DNA of 45,192 nt from a virus (IMGVR_UViG_3300048577_000141:1-45192), one strand, 5' to 3'; positions 36,908 to 44,960 are shown, counted from the first letter of the stretch. The notes: a model not told the origin generated them from the sequence alone. Program-made: numbers and translations.

Positions 36908-36951
36908 TCGTACAAAACGTACTTGACCTGAAATCGTACATCTTGTACGAA
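36908..36951 (+). promoter_or_regulatory. OL/PL-like region: two operators and promoter TTGACC-17-TACGAA
   Basis: Operators 36908-36924 and 36934-36950 (perfect palindrome); -35 and -10 identical to the cro promoter. Confidence 0.85.
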
Positions 36952-36985
36952 AACGCCCATCGCAATCCCGCGATGGAGCTGAACC

Positions 36986-37177
36986 ATGTCACATCCTTTC
37001 CGGAAGCCGGCCACCGTCGAGCGGATGGCCGCCGTCATGCTCGACATCCGCGCCACGGGCCGGGTCGTCGACGAGGATGCCCTCGCCAATGAGGGTTTTA
37101 CCGGGGCCGAGATCGCAGCCTTCGCCCGCCGCGCCCGCGACATCGCCAATGCGCGCGCCGTCCGTCAGGTCGCGTGA
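36986..37177 (+). CDS. Small hypothetical protein, first gene of the PL-like operon
   Basis: GGAG RBS downstream of the promoter. Confidence 0.65.
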   Translation: MSHPFRKPATVERMAAVMLDIRATGRVVDEDALANEGFTGAEIAAFARRARDIANARAVRQVA

Positions 37178-37189
37178 GGCTCGCCGGCG

Positions 37190-37282
37190 ATGCGCGACCT
37201 TATCCACGACACCGCGGCGTTCATCTCCCTGATGGTCTGCCTCGCCGGCAGCGCCCTCCTGCTGATGGCGCTGGCGACATGA
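37190..37282 (+). CDS. 30-aa hydrophobic peptide (MRDLIHDTAAFISLMVCLAGSALLLMALAT)
   Basis: Fills the gap; its stop overlaps the next ATG (ATGA); not in the ORF track. Confidence 0.45.
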   Translation: MRDLIHDTAAFISLMVCLAGSALLLMALAT

Positions 37283-37500
37283 CCAACGACAACCGCCGCC
37301 CCGAAACTCTCGATCCCCGCGAGGCGATCCACGCAAAGCCATGGCCGGATGGATCGAACGCCTTCGACGACGAGCCGGAGCTTCTGCCGCTTGCCGCCCG
37401 GCCGATGTTCAGCCTGATCGAACTCGTGCTGCTCAGCTGCATGGTCGGCATCCTGCTCGTCACGCTCTACATTGGCCTCGTCTGGGCGGTGCGCCCATGA
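37279..37500 (+). CDS. Small single-TM protein
   Basis: MTNDNRR start, C-terminal TM helix, ATGA coupling on both sides. Confidence 0.55.
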   Translation: MTNDNRRPETLDPREAIHAKPWPDGSNAFDDEPELLPLAARPMFSLIELVLLSCMVGILLVTLYIGLVWAVRP

Positions 37501-37724
37501 CCCCCGCCGAAAAGCACAACGAGCTTGCGCACGACTTCGTCATGAAAGTCGTGCGCGAGACGAAGAGCCATTCCGAGCTGATGGTCGTCGTCGAGAGCGC
37601 CGTCCTGTCCGCGATGCTCGTCTCGCGCAGGGTCTACAGCCTTCCTCCGGCCGGCTGCGTCGAGATGATCGAGATGGCCATCCAGCAGGCGACGGCCCGG
37701 TTCTCCGCAATGGAGGCACGGTGA
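37497..37724 (+). CDS. Hypothetical protein
   Basis: MTPAEKHNELAH start, coupled. Confidence 0.6.
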   Translation: MTPAEKHNELAHDFVMKVVRETKSHSELMVVVESAVLSAMLVSRRVYSLPPAGCVEMIEMAIQQATARFSAMEAR

Positions 37725-38533
37725 TGACGGACATCGCGAAAGACAAAAGGCTGGAAGTGGGCCTTGCCTGGGTCGATCCGGGTATCATTTGGGCGATGGA
37801 GCCCTTCGTGGACTACGCGCGCCGCACTTCTCCGCTGCAATTCCTCGACGGAAGCATTTTCATCGAGCCCTGCGCCATGGGCGGAGCCATGATCGCGGCG
37901 ATATCCGGCCATGCAATGGCTGTCGTCCGCGATCCCGAAGGCCAATGCAGCAGGCCGATGGCCGTCGATCTGCCGACCGTGCTGTTCGAAGCATGCGCTC
38001 CGCGTGAGCCGATCCGCATGAGCTATTGCGGCGAAGGCTACGAATGCCCCTTGCCGCCATGGGCGCAGCCCGGCGCGCTCTGGCTCACCAATGCCGGAAG
38101 CTTTCTGTTGCCGAAAATGCGCCATCCCGATTGGGCCGAAGAGAACAACGAGTTCCATCCCGTCCTTTTTGATGCCGCTGCCAGCACCACACATCATCAC
38201 GTCGGACGCGACTACCGCTGCACAATCGACAAGACGTTTCCATGGCGAAGGCCGCTCGCGATAGCGCGCGGTAGTGAGGCACAGGAAGCGGCCTTCGCCA
38301 CTGCGGCGCCCGAACTCATCGGCCTGTTCGCGCGCTTCCATGAACTCTTTCGACGCCGCCTTGAAGACAATCCCCGCGTCTGGATGAGGTTCGCTGCCGG
38401 AGGGCAGATGGTCGTCACATTCGAGCGCCAGCCAGATTTCGTCGGCACGCTCATGCAGATGACACCCGGCGAGCCGGAGCCCATGCCGGCCTGGTTCGAA
38501 ACCTACGACGCCGAAACGACAGGGAGCGCCTGA
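37724..38533 (+). CDS. Hypothetical protein, possibly with a beta-clamp-like segment
   Basis: GGAGG RBS; IFIEP..GGAMIAAISGHAMAV resembles the ATDGH motif region. Confidence 0.55.
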   Translation: MTDIAKDKRLEVGLAWVDPGIIWAMEPFVDYARRTSPLQFLDGSIFIEPCAMGGAMIAAISGHAMAVVRDPEGQCSRPMAVDLPTVLFEACAPREPIRMSYCGEGYECPLPPWAQPGALWLTNAGSFLLPKMRHPDWAEENNEFHPVLFDAAASTTHHHVGRDYRCTIDKTFPWRRPLAIARGSEAQEAAFATAAPELIGLFARFHELFRRRLEDNPRVWMRFAAGGQMVVTFERQPDFVGTLMQMTPGEPEPMPAWFETYDAETTGSA

Positions 38534-38709
38534 TGCTTCCCTACCCCTACGTCTACCGCTGGGACCGGCAGGGCCGTAAAGGCCAGCTCTGCCGCGTCAC
38601 GGCGCGCGGCTCGATGAACTCGATCTGCGTCGAGTTCATCGACGGATATCGCATGATCACCAGCGGCAACGCCATTCGCAAGACGAAGGCGGACACCCAA
38701 CCATCCTGA
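38533..38709 (+). CDS. 58-aa hypothetical protein (MLPYPYVYRWDRQGRKGQLCRVTARGSMNSICVEF...)
   Basis: TGATG coupling; fills the gap before DGR target 1; not in the ORF track. Confidence 0.6.
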   Translation: MLPYPYVYRWDRQGRKGQLCRVTARGSMNSICVEFIDGYRMITSGNAIRKTKADTQPS

Positions 38710-38732
38710 CCCCTCACCCCACGGAGACTCCC

Positions 38733-39668
38733 ATGCTCACCGCAGCAGCCAGACCCGATTCCGCTCCCGTTCTCACAAAAACGAGCCTCGATGCGGCCGC
38801 CTTCACCGTCACCGGTCGATCGTCGCTCGCCTTGCAGGACGATATCACCATTGCCGGCACGCTCTTCGCGGGCGGCACCGTCGTCACCATGCCCGCCGCA
38901 GAGCACAAGCCCGGCTCCGACTTCGGTATCTTCGTCGACGGCAATGCTTTGATCGCCATGCCGGACACGCGCGATACGAACGCAGTTGTTCCCGGCCCGC
39001 TGGAAAGCGGCCTCGTCCAGATCGGCGGCTTCCACTTCGCGCCGGGCGGAAATGCAGCCGCGCGGGCCGGCGGAGACGATGTCCCGGCCATCAACCCGTT
39101 CTCCATCTGGGACCTGTCGTTCCGTCCAGCCTGTCCGGACCCGCGCGGCATGTTCACGATCGTCCTGCCGGACGGCAGCCGCTCGTGGATCGACATCTAC
39201 AAGCTCGGCGTCGACCATCTGAAGGACGGCACCAGCCGCTGCAGCGTCACCATCGCCGACGGCGAGAGCCTGCCCGTCCGCATCGGCGGCAACGGCAAGG
39301 TCGCGCGTCTGGATTTTCCGACGGCGCAGGAGATCCTTGGCCATCACGGCAAGCAGCTGCTCACTTATGACGAGTTCCGCGTCGCGGCCTTCGGCGTGAC
39401 CGAAAAGACCGCGGCCGGGAAAGACCCGAAAGTCACAGGCCTCGACGCGCCGCGCACCAGCCGTTTCGGCATGATGCAGGCGACGGGCAACCTCTGGGAC
39501 TGGGGAACGGACGGCGATCCCGACAACCCACGCGCGTCGATCTTCGGCGGCTACTGGTGGCGCGGCGGCGACGCCGGCTCCCGCTACGCGAACCTCGGCG
39601 ACTGGCCGGGCCACTCGGGCAGGGACATTTCCGCGCGCGGCCGCTGCGATCACCTGCCGCCTGCCTGA
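38733..39668 (+). CDS. DGR target 1: Mtd-like C-type-lectin-fold protein
   Basis: GGFHFAPG, SIWDLSFRPACPDPRGM, WIDIY..GV.H..DGTS and ARGRCDHL match recalled BPP-1 Mtd motifs; C-terminal VR. Confidence 0.92.
   Translation: MLTAAARPDSAPVLTKTSLDAAAFTVTGRSSLALQDDITIAGTLFAGGTVVTMPAAEHKPGSDFGIFVDGNALIAMPDTRDTNAVVPGPLESGLVQIGGFHFAPGGNAAARAGGDDVPAINPFSIWDLSFRPACPDPRGMFTIVLPDGSRSWIDIYKLGVDHLKDGTSRCSVTIADGESLPVRIGGNGKVARLDFPTAQEILGHHGKQLLTYDEFRVAAFGVTEKTAAGKDPKVTGLDAPRTSRFGMMQATGNLWDWGTDGDPDNPRASIFGGYWWRGGDAGSRYANLGDWPGHSGRDISARGRCDHLPPA
39528..39647 (+). repeat. DGR variable region VR1
   Basis: 120-bp copy of TR with 11 mismatches, all at TR adenines. Confidence 0.97.
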
Positions 39669-39669
39669 C

Positions 39670-39687
39670 CCCGCGCGAAAGCGCGGG
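39670..39687 (+). promoter_or_regulatory. DGR target-recognition hairpin 1 (CCCGCGC-GAAA-GCGCGGG)
   Basis: GC stem with GAAA loop immediately after the target 1 stop. Confidence 0.85.
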
Positions 39688-39722
39688 TGCGCCTCCCCTC
39701 AAATCAACCGGAGCACACTCCC

Positions 39723-40622
39723 ATGAACATCGCAGTCAATTCACCGGTCGCCATCGACCGCGCCGATACCACGCTTCCGATCCTCGCCTGCACAGGGCCG
39801 CTTGCGATCGCGATCCGGGCCGGCACCATCGTCACCGCTGCCGATCGCCGCGCCGTCTTCGAGACGGACACGCCGATCGACCTCGACAAGCCGGGCATCG
39901 GCCAGGACTACGGCATTCGTCTCGCCGACAACGGCAGCGTCGAGGCCGTGCCGATCAGCGCCGGTTTCGACCGCGACCAGATCTTCGCCGGCTTCCATAT
40001 CGCGTCATTCGCAAACGCCACCGCGCGCGGAGGCGGGACGCTCGGCAGGACCATCAACCCATATTCCTGCTGGGACATCGGCTTTCGCCCGGCCTGTCCC
40101 GATCCGCGCGGCATGACGCTTGTCGACGGCCGCTTCTGGGCAGATATCTATCTGCTCGGCGTTGACCATGATCGGGACGGCACCAGCCTCTATGCCGCAA
40201 CGATCGCCGACGGCGCGAAGCTTCCTAACCTGCCGGCCGGCGGCAAGGCCAAGAAGCTTGACTATGCCACAGCACAGGCGATCTACGCGCATCACGGCAA
40301 GCATCTGCTCGGCGCGGAAGAGTTCTTTGCCGCCGCATATGGCGTCGAGGAGCGCTGTTCGCGGGACGAGGAGCCGGACGTCACCGGCGAGGCGGCCGGT
40401 GCGCGTTTCGTCAGCAAATGGGGCCTGATCGACGCCACAGGCACCATGTGGCAGTGGGGAACGGACGGCGATCCGGACAATCCGCGCGCGTCGTTCTTCG
40501 GCGGCACCTGGTGGGACGGCGGCAGCGCCGGCTCCCGCTGCGCGGACCTCGGCGGCTGGCCGGTCTACTCGGTCAGGAGCATTTCCGCGCGCGGCCGCTG
40601 CGGCCACATGCGGCCTGAATAG
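39723..40622 (+). CDS. DGR target 2: Mtd-like C-type-lectin-fold protein
   Basis: IRAGTIV, DPRGMTLVDGRFWADIYLLGV and SKWGLIDATGTMWQWG Mtd-like motifs; GGAG RBS before MNIAVN. Confidence 0.92.
   Translation: MNIAVNSPVAIDRADTTLPILACTGPLAIAIRAGTIVTAADRRAVFETDTPIDLDKPGIGQDYGIRLADNGSVEAVPISAGFDRDQIFAGFHIASFANATARGGGTLGRTINPYSCWDIGFRPACPDPRGMTLVDGRFWADIYLLGVDHDRDGTSLYAATIADGAKLPNLPAGGKAKKLDYATAQAIYAHHGKHLLGAEEFFAAAYGVEERCSRDEEPDVTGEAAGARFVSKWGLIDATGTMWQWGTDGDPDNPRASFFGGTWWDGGSAGSRCADLGGWPVYSVRSISARGRCGHMRPE
40482..40601 (+). repeat. DGR variable region VR2
   Basis: 120-bp copy of TR with 15 mismatches, all at TR adenines. Confidence 0.97.
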
Positions 40623-40623
40623 G

Positions 40624-40639
40624 CCGCGCGGAAGCGCGG
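40624..40639 (+). promoter_or_regulatory. DGR target-recognition hairpin 2 (CCGCGC-GGAA-GCGCGG)
   Basis: Same stem sequence and position as hairpin 1. Confidence 0.85.
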
Positions 40640-40650
40640 GCTGACCCGAC

Positions 40651-41016
40651 ATGATCAGGGACGCTCACATGCACGCGCCGGGACTGGCGATCGTTGAGAA
40701 GCACGAGCAGACGATCGCCTATCTCTATCCGGTCATCCAGCGCTTTCCGCGCCGGCACGGCGTGGCGCGCGACGCGTTCCTGAATGTCCTGTTCGATCAG
40801 GTCACCCTGCTCCATCAGGCGGCCAAGTCGGGCCAGCCCTCGAAACTCTATGCGGCGGACGCGAACCTCGCGACGCTGCGCTTCTGGTTGCGCTTCACGG
40901 CGGGTCCAGCCGTCCGGGCCATCACGCCGCGCCAGCACAGGGCCGCGCAGGCCCTTGTGGCCGAAACCGGCGCCATGCTCGGCCAGTGGATCAAGACCGC
41001 GAAGGGCAAGGGATGA
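40651..41016 (+). CDS. avd: DGR accessory variability determinant
   Basis: 121-aa basic helical protein between target and TR; YLYPVIQRFPRRHG...LYAADANLATLRFWLRF...ETGAMLGQWI. Confidence 0.92.
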   Translation: MIRDAHMHAPGLAIVEKHEQTIAYLYPVIQRFPRRHGVARDAFLNVLFDQVTLLHQAAKSGQPSKLYAADANLATLRFWLRFTAGPAVRAITPRQHRAAQALVAETGAMLGQWIKTAKGKG

Positions 41017-41030
41017 ACGGGGTAGAGATG

Positions 41031-41150
41031 CCACGCGCGTCGATCTTCGGCGGCAACTGGTGGAACGGCGACAACGCCGGCTCCCGCTACGCGAACCTCG
41101 ACAACTGGCCGGACAACTCGGACAGGAACATTTCCGCGCGCGGCCGCTGC
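41031..41150 (+). repeat. DGR template repeat TR
   Basis: 23 adenines, seven AAC codons; matches both VRs at every non-A position; ends in the 14-bp GC run CCGCGCGCGGCCGC. Confidence 0.97.
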
Positions 41151-41327
41151 GACGATCCTTTTCCGGCGCGGCCGAGGTCACGGCCCGGCCGGCCCTTCAC
41201 CATGCGGGCAGTCCCGCAGGGGTGGTCGGTCCGTTCATCCCGCTTCGGCGAACACACTTCTGGGTCCGGCAGAGCGGGGAGTAGCGCCGTCAAGCGTCGA
41301 AACCCGCGGCCGGCACGCGAGGCCGCC

Positions 41328-42311
41328 ATGGGCAAGAAACGCCGCAATCTCATCGACAGGATCACCGCCGACGCCAACATGATGGAGGCATGGCGCCTCA
41401 CCCGGCGCGGCCGCCGCCTTTCCGCCTCCGGGCTGGAGTTCAAGGAATACGCCGTCCTCAACCTGCATCGCCTCGCGGCCGCGATGCGCGATGGGAGCTA
41501 TCGCGAGGGTGAGCCGACGCGGTTCCTGATCTGGGACCCGAAGCGCCGCGAGATCGCAGCGCTCCCGTTCCGCGACCGTATCGCACAGCACGCGCTCTGC
41601 GCCGTCATCGGCCCGATCTTCGACGCGACACTGCTGCCCAACACCTTCGCCTGTCGCGCCGGCAAGGGGACGCATGCCGGCGTGAAAGCGGTCCAGTCGG
41701 AGCTGCGCCGCCGGCAGCGGGCGGGAGGCGCAACCTGGGTGCTCAAGACGGACTTCTCGCGCTACTTCGCATCGATCGACCGGGCCGTGCTCTGGCGCAT
41801 GATCGAGGCCAAGATCAGCTGTGCCGCCACGCTTCGCCTGATCGAGGCGATGATCCCGCGATCCGGCATCGGCCTGCCGATCGGCAGTCTCGTGTCGCAG
41901 ATCTTCGCCAACGTCTATGGCGGCATCGTCGACCGTCATCTTCAGCAGGACCTCGGCGAGCGCTTCTGGTATCGCTACATGGACGATCTCGTCGTGCTCG
42001 GCGATTGCCCCGACCATCTGCGACGGGTGAAGGCCTCGATCGAGGATCTGTCGCGGCAGCAACTCGGCCTGCGCTTCTCCAAATGGTCGATCCAGCCGGC
42101 ATCGCGCGGCGTCAACTTCCTCGGCTATCGCATCTGGGCCAGCCACAAGCTGCTGCGCCGCGATTCCGTCAAGCGCGCCCGCCGCAAGATCGCCGCCATG
42201 CGCGCGGCCGGCGACGGCGAACGGCTCGCCCGCTTCCTCGCCGCATGGACCGGTCATGCCAGTTGGGCCGACAGCCATAATCTGCTCAAATCGCTCGGGG
42301 TGGCAGAATGA
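41328..42311 (+). CDS. DGR reverse transcriptase (327 aa)
   Basis: FRDRIAQHA, KTDFSRYFASID, GLPIGSLVSQIFAN, RYMDD and NFLGY motifs; MGKKRRNLID start resembles BPP-1 bRT. Confidence 0.97.
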   Translation: MGKKRRNLIDRITADANMMEAWRLTRRGRRLSASGLEFKEYAVLNLHRLAAAMRDGSYREGEPTRFLIWDPKRREIAALPFRDRIAQHALCAVIGPIFDATLLPNTFACRAGKGTHAGVKAVQSELRRRQRAGGATWVLKTDFSRYFASIDRAVLWRMIEAKISCAATLRLIEAMIPRSGIGLPIGSLVSQIFANVYGGIVDRHLQQDLGERFWYRYMDDLVVLGDCPDHLRRVKASIEDLSRQQLGLRFSKWSIQPASRGVNFLGYRIWASHKLLRRDSVKRARRKIAAMRAAGDGERLARFLAAWTGHASWADSHNLLKSLGVAE

Positions 42312-42616
42312 GCGCCCGGCCGAAACGTGACGACCTCGCCCCGACACTTGATGAACTGCCGATGTTTGCAACGGATCGACAGATCGCCGAAGCCATAGTC
42401 GGCAAGGACGCCGCCGAAAAATGGATGCGGGAGCGGTTGCCGACACTTGCCAGCAAGCCGGGTTTCCCCAAAATAGATGAGTTTCATGGCGGGCGCCCCG
42501 TCAAACTCATCGCCAAGTTCTATGACGATTATCTCGGAACCGCGATCAGGGCGCCATCAGTGGCTCGCGGCGTGGAGGACGTCAGCGCATGGAAACCGTC
42601 AAAGCGCCGGGCCTGA
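42308..42616 (+). CDS. Putative excisionase / recombination directionality factor
   Basis: Small wHTH-like protein overlapping the integrase start. Confidence 0.55.
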   Translation: MSARPKRDDLAPTLDELPMFATDRQIAEAIVGKDAAEKWMRERLPTLASKPGFPKIDEFHGGRPVKLIAKFYDDYLGTAIRAPSVARGVEDVSAWKPSKRRA

Positions 42617-43815
42617 AGTGGCGCAAGCTCGCCAGCGGTCTTTCGCCTGTTTGGGTTGCCGACGAGTCTGCGGTCGCCGCTGGCTACCAGCCAAAAACCA
42701 TGAACCTGAAGCATCTGGCCGGCGATCCCGAGATGCTTGTCGCGCAGTGCAATGCACTCCAGGCCGACATGATTCTCTGGCGGACAGGCTACCGCCGAGA
42801 TCCTCTGAAGTTCGATGGCACCATCCGATCGCTGCTGGACATCTACGAAACCCATGAGCGCAGCCCGTACCGGTCGCTGAAGCCCGGTTCACGAAAGCCC
42901 TACAACCATTACCTTCGCCGGATGCGAGGCCATATAGGCGCGCGGCACATCGACGACGTGACCGGCGTCGACATTCTCAACTGGCACGTCATCTGGTCCG
43001 AGAATGGAAAGCATCTTGCCGCCGCCGCGATGGCGCGCGCGGTTCTCGAAGCCGCCATCAGTTTCGGCGTGATGCTGAGAAAGCAGGGATGCGCGGAGCT
43101 TGCTGTCATTTTCCGCGAAACGCGCAGGAAGCTGCCGGCGCCAAGATCCCGCAAGGCCGTGCTGACGGCTGAACAGGTCATCGCGGCGCGCGCGGCCGCG
43201 CATGCGGACGGTCGCCCTTCTTGTGCTCTCGCCTATGCCCTCGCCTTCGAAACCACGTTACGGCTATGGGACGTGATCGGACAGTGGTATCCGATGGACT
43301 GGCGCGAGGTGTCCGACATCATCAGCGCCGAGCGCAAGCAGAAGTGGCTCGGTGTTCGGTGGGAGGACATCGACGAGAAGATGCGCATCACTTACACGCC
43401 GTCGAAGACCGCTACCCGCACTGGAGCGACGATCTCTTACCCGCTATCGCAGGCGCCGATGGTGATCGAGGAGCTGAAGCACTGGCCTGCCGAGAAGCGA
43501 TCAGGCCCGATAGTCGTTTCAGAGAAGACTGGAAAGCCCTACCGGGAATTGCCATTCCAGAAACGGTGGCAGAAGGATCGAAAGGCGGCCGGCATTCCAG
43601 CGGCCGTATGGGCTCGCGATCTTCGCGCCTCCGGCATCACGGAAGCCCGCGCTTCGGACGTGTCGACCGACGATGCGGCGAAGGTCGCCGGTCACAGTTC
43701 CACCCGCACGACCGGCGATTATGATAGGGCCGTGATCGAGGCCACGAACAGGTTCGCAGCGGCTCGCCTGCGCGAACGTGAACGTAGCGGTAACGGGAGC
43801 GGTAACGGGCGGTAA
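42589..43815 (+). CDS. int: Tyrosine integrase
   Basis: TTLR, RDLRASGITE, GH and Y catalytic residues. Confidence 0.9.
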   Translation: METVKAPGLKWRKLASGLSPVWVADESAVAAGYQPKTMNLKHLAGDPEMLVAQCNALQADMILWRTGYRRDPLKFDGTIRSLLDIYETHERSPYRSLKPGSRKPYNHYLRRMRGHIGARHIDDVTGVDILNWHVIWSENGKHLAAAAMARAVLEAAISFGVMLRKQGCAELAVIFRETRRKLPAPRSRKAVLTAEQVIAARAAAHADGRPSCALAYALAFETTLRLWDVIGQWYPMDWREVSDIISAERKQKWLGVRWEDIDEKMRITYTPSKTATRTGATISYPLSQAPMVIEELKHWPAEKRSGPIVVSEKTGKPYRELPFQKRWQKDRKAAGIPAAVWARDLRASGITEARASDVSTDDAAKVAGHSSTRTTGDYDRAVIEATNRFAAARLRERERSGNGSGNGR

Positions 43816-43915
43816 CGCGCTGCCCTCAAAGCCTTGCGCCACAAGGCGCACAAAATGGAGATGGTTAATGCCCCCTTTCGGCCAAGCTATTGATTTTACT
43901 AAAACACGTTACCGC
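43787..43915. other. Probable attP region with arm-type repeats
   Basis: GCGGTAACG at 43787, 43799 and 43809, inverted copy at 43907-43915, AT-rich interval. Confidence 0.6.
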
Positions 43916-44097
43916 TCTCGGACGCTGACACCCGTCCGTCAGAGCGCTCGCTGACCATCCGGATTTGCGCCGCCTGCGCTCGTCCGGAGCCGGCCGGGGC
44001 AAATCCGCCCGTTGGGGAGTCAGCAATGGACATTCATGAAATCTGGATTCGGCTCCTGACCGCTGGCCTCCGGGAGCTGACGGAAGGAGATTCCGAA

Positions 44098-44688
44098 ATG
44101 GCATATAAGGCCAGCAAGTACATTCCCTATGGCGGCGACGGCGGCCACGGCATGCAGATGTTCGAGGCCAGGAACGCCCTCGACTACATGGCCGGCAAGG
44201 GCAAGCTGATCGACTCGGTCATGCTCTACGCGCACACCAACGTCGAGACGCTGGCGACGCCGCTGCCGGGCTTCCTGAGCGGCTACCAGTATCAGTTCGA
44301 CATCGGCATCGACCTTGATCGGGACGAATCACCCGACTGGTTTATCGACATCCGGATTTTCGACAACGATGGCAGCCTCAAGGGCGCGAAGATGGAGATC
44401 GACAGCAATCCGGGCAGCGGCTACGTCAGACAGTGGCTGACCTTCAACAACAACACGAGCGCGTTCGAGGGCAAGGTCAACGGCCGCTTCGTGTCGGTCG
44501 AGGTCGAAAAAACCGGCGTCAACGAATGGTCGGCCCATATCGATCAGGAAGTCATGCACGACGTCGTCGGCGCTGGCTGGAACGGCGAGGGCAAGTTCGG
44601 CTTCGAGGTCTACAATGACGGGATTTCGAGCTACAATGAGTTCACGCTGATCGACACGCCGAACGACCCGATCGGGCTGGTGGCGTAG
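44098..44688 (+). CDS. Acidic beta-rich hypothetical cargo protein
   Basis: AAGGAG RBS before MAYKASK; standalone gene beyond attP. Confidence 0.7.
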   Translation: MAYKASKYIPYGGDGGHGMQMFEARNALDYMAGKGKLIDSVMLYAHTNVETLATPLPGFLSGYQYQFDIGIDLDRDESPDWFIDIRIFDNDGSLKGAKMEIDSNPGSGYVRQWLTFNNNTSAFEGKVNGRFVSVEVEKTGVNEWSAHIDQEVMHDVVGAGWNGEGKFGFEVYNDGISSYNEFTLIDTPNDPIGLVA

Positions 44689-44690
44689 CC

Positions 44691-44864
44691 ATGGCCGCCC
44701 TGAAGCGATGTCATTGCGGCGCGGCGGCGGAAGTCGAGAATGCTTTCGGTGCCTACCGCGTCAGGTGCACGAAAGGCTGCACCGACGTTTACCCCACGGC
44801 CGACGAGGCTGCGCGCGCATGGAACGGCGAGCGGGGCGACGGAGACAGGCCGGAGCGGCAGTAG
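44691..44864 (+). CDS. Lar-like (restriction alleviation family) zinc-ribbon protein, 57 aa
   Basis: MAALKRCHCG...VRCTKGC...DEAARAWN; not in the ORF track; weak RBS. Confidence 0.55.
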   Translation: MAALKRCHCGAAAEVENAFGAYRVRCTKGCTDVYPTADEAARAWNGERGDGDRPERQ

Positions 44865-44960
44865 CTGACAACCCACACGAAGAGAAGCCCGCCCCATTGC
44901 TGGAGCGGGCTGGAGGGAATGCGACAGGGAGGCGTTAGCCGGGCGGCGGCAATACTTGCG

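Larger units (their letters stand above)
38733..42311 (+). mobile_element. Diversity-generating retroelement, BPP-1-like, two targets
   Basis: RT, Avd, TR, two adenine-specific VRs, GC14 element and hairpins. Confidence 0.97.
38733..43815 (+). other. DGR cassette coupled to xis-int at the end of the PL-like operon
   Basis: Target1-target2-avd-TR-RT-xis-int on one strand; RT stop overlaps the xis ATG. Confidence 0.8.

Noticed and set aside
40986-42311. RT as a group II intron, retron or Abi RT
   Set aside because: No maturase or endonuclease domain; Avd, TR/VR pairs and the SQ motif identify a DGR RT
44000-44097. Known riboswitch in the cargo gene leader
   Set aside because: Hairpins are present, but I could not match the consensus of c-di-GMP, fluoride, ZTP or guanidine classes by eye
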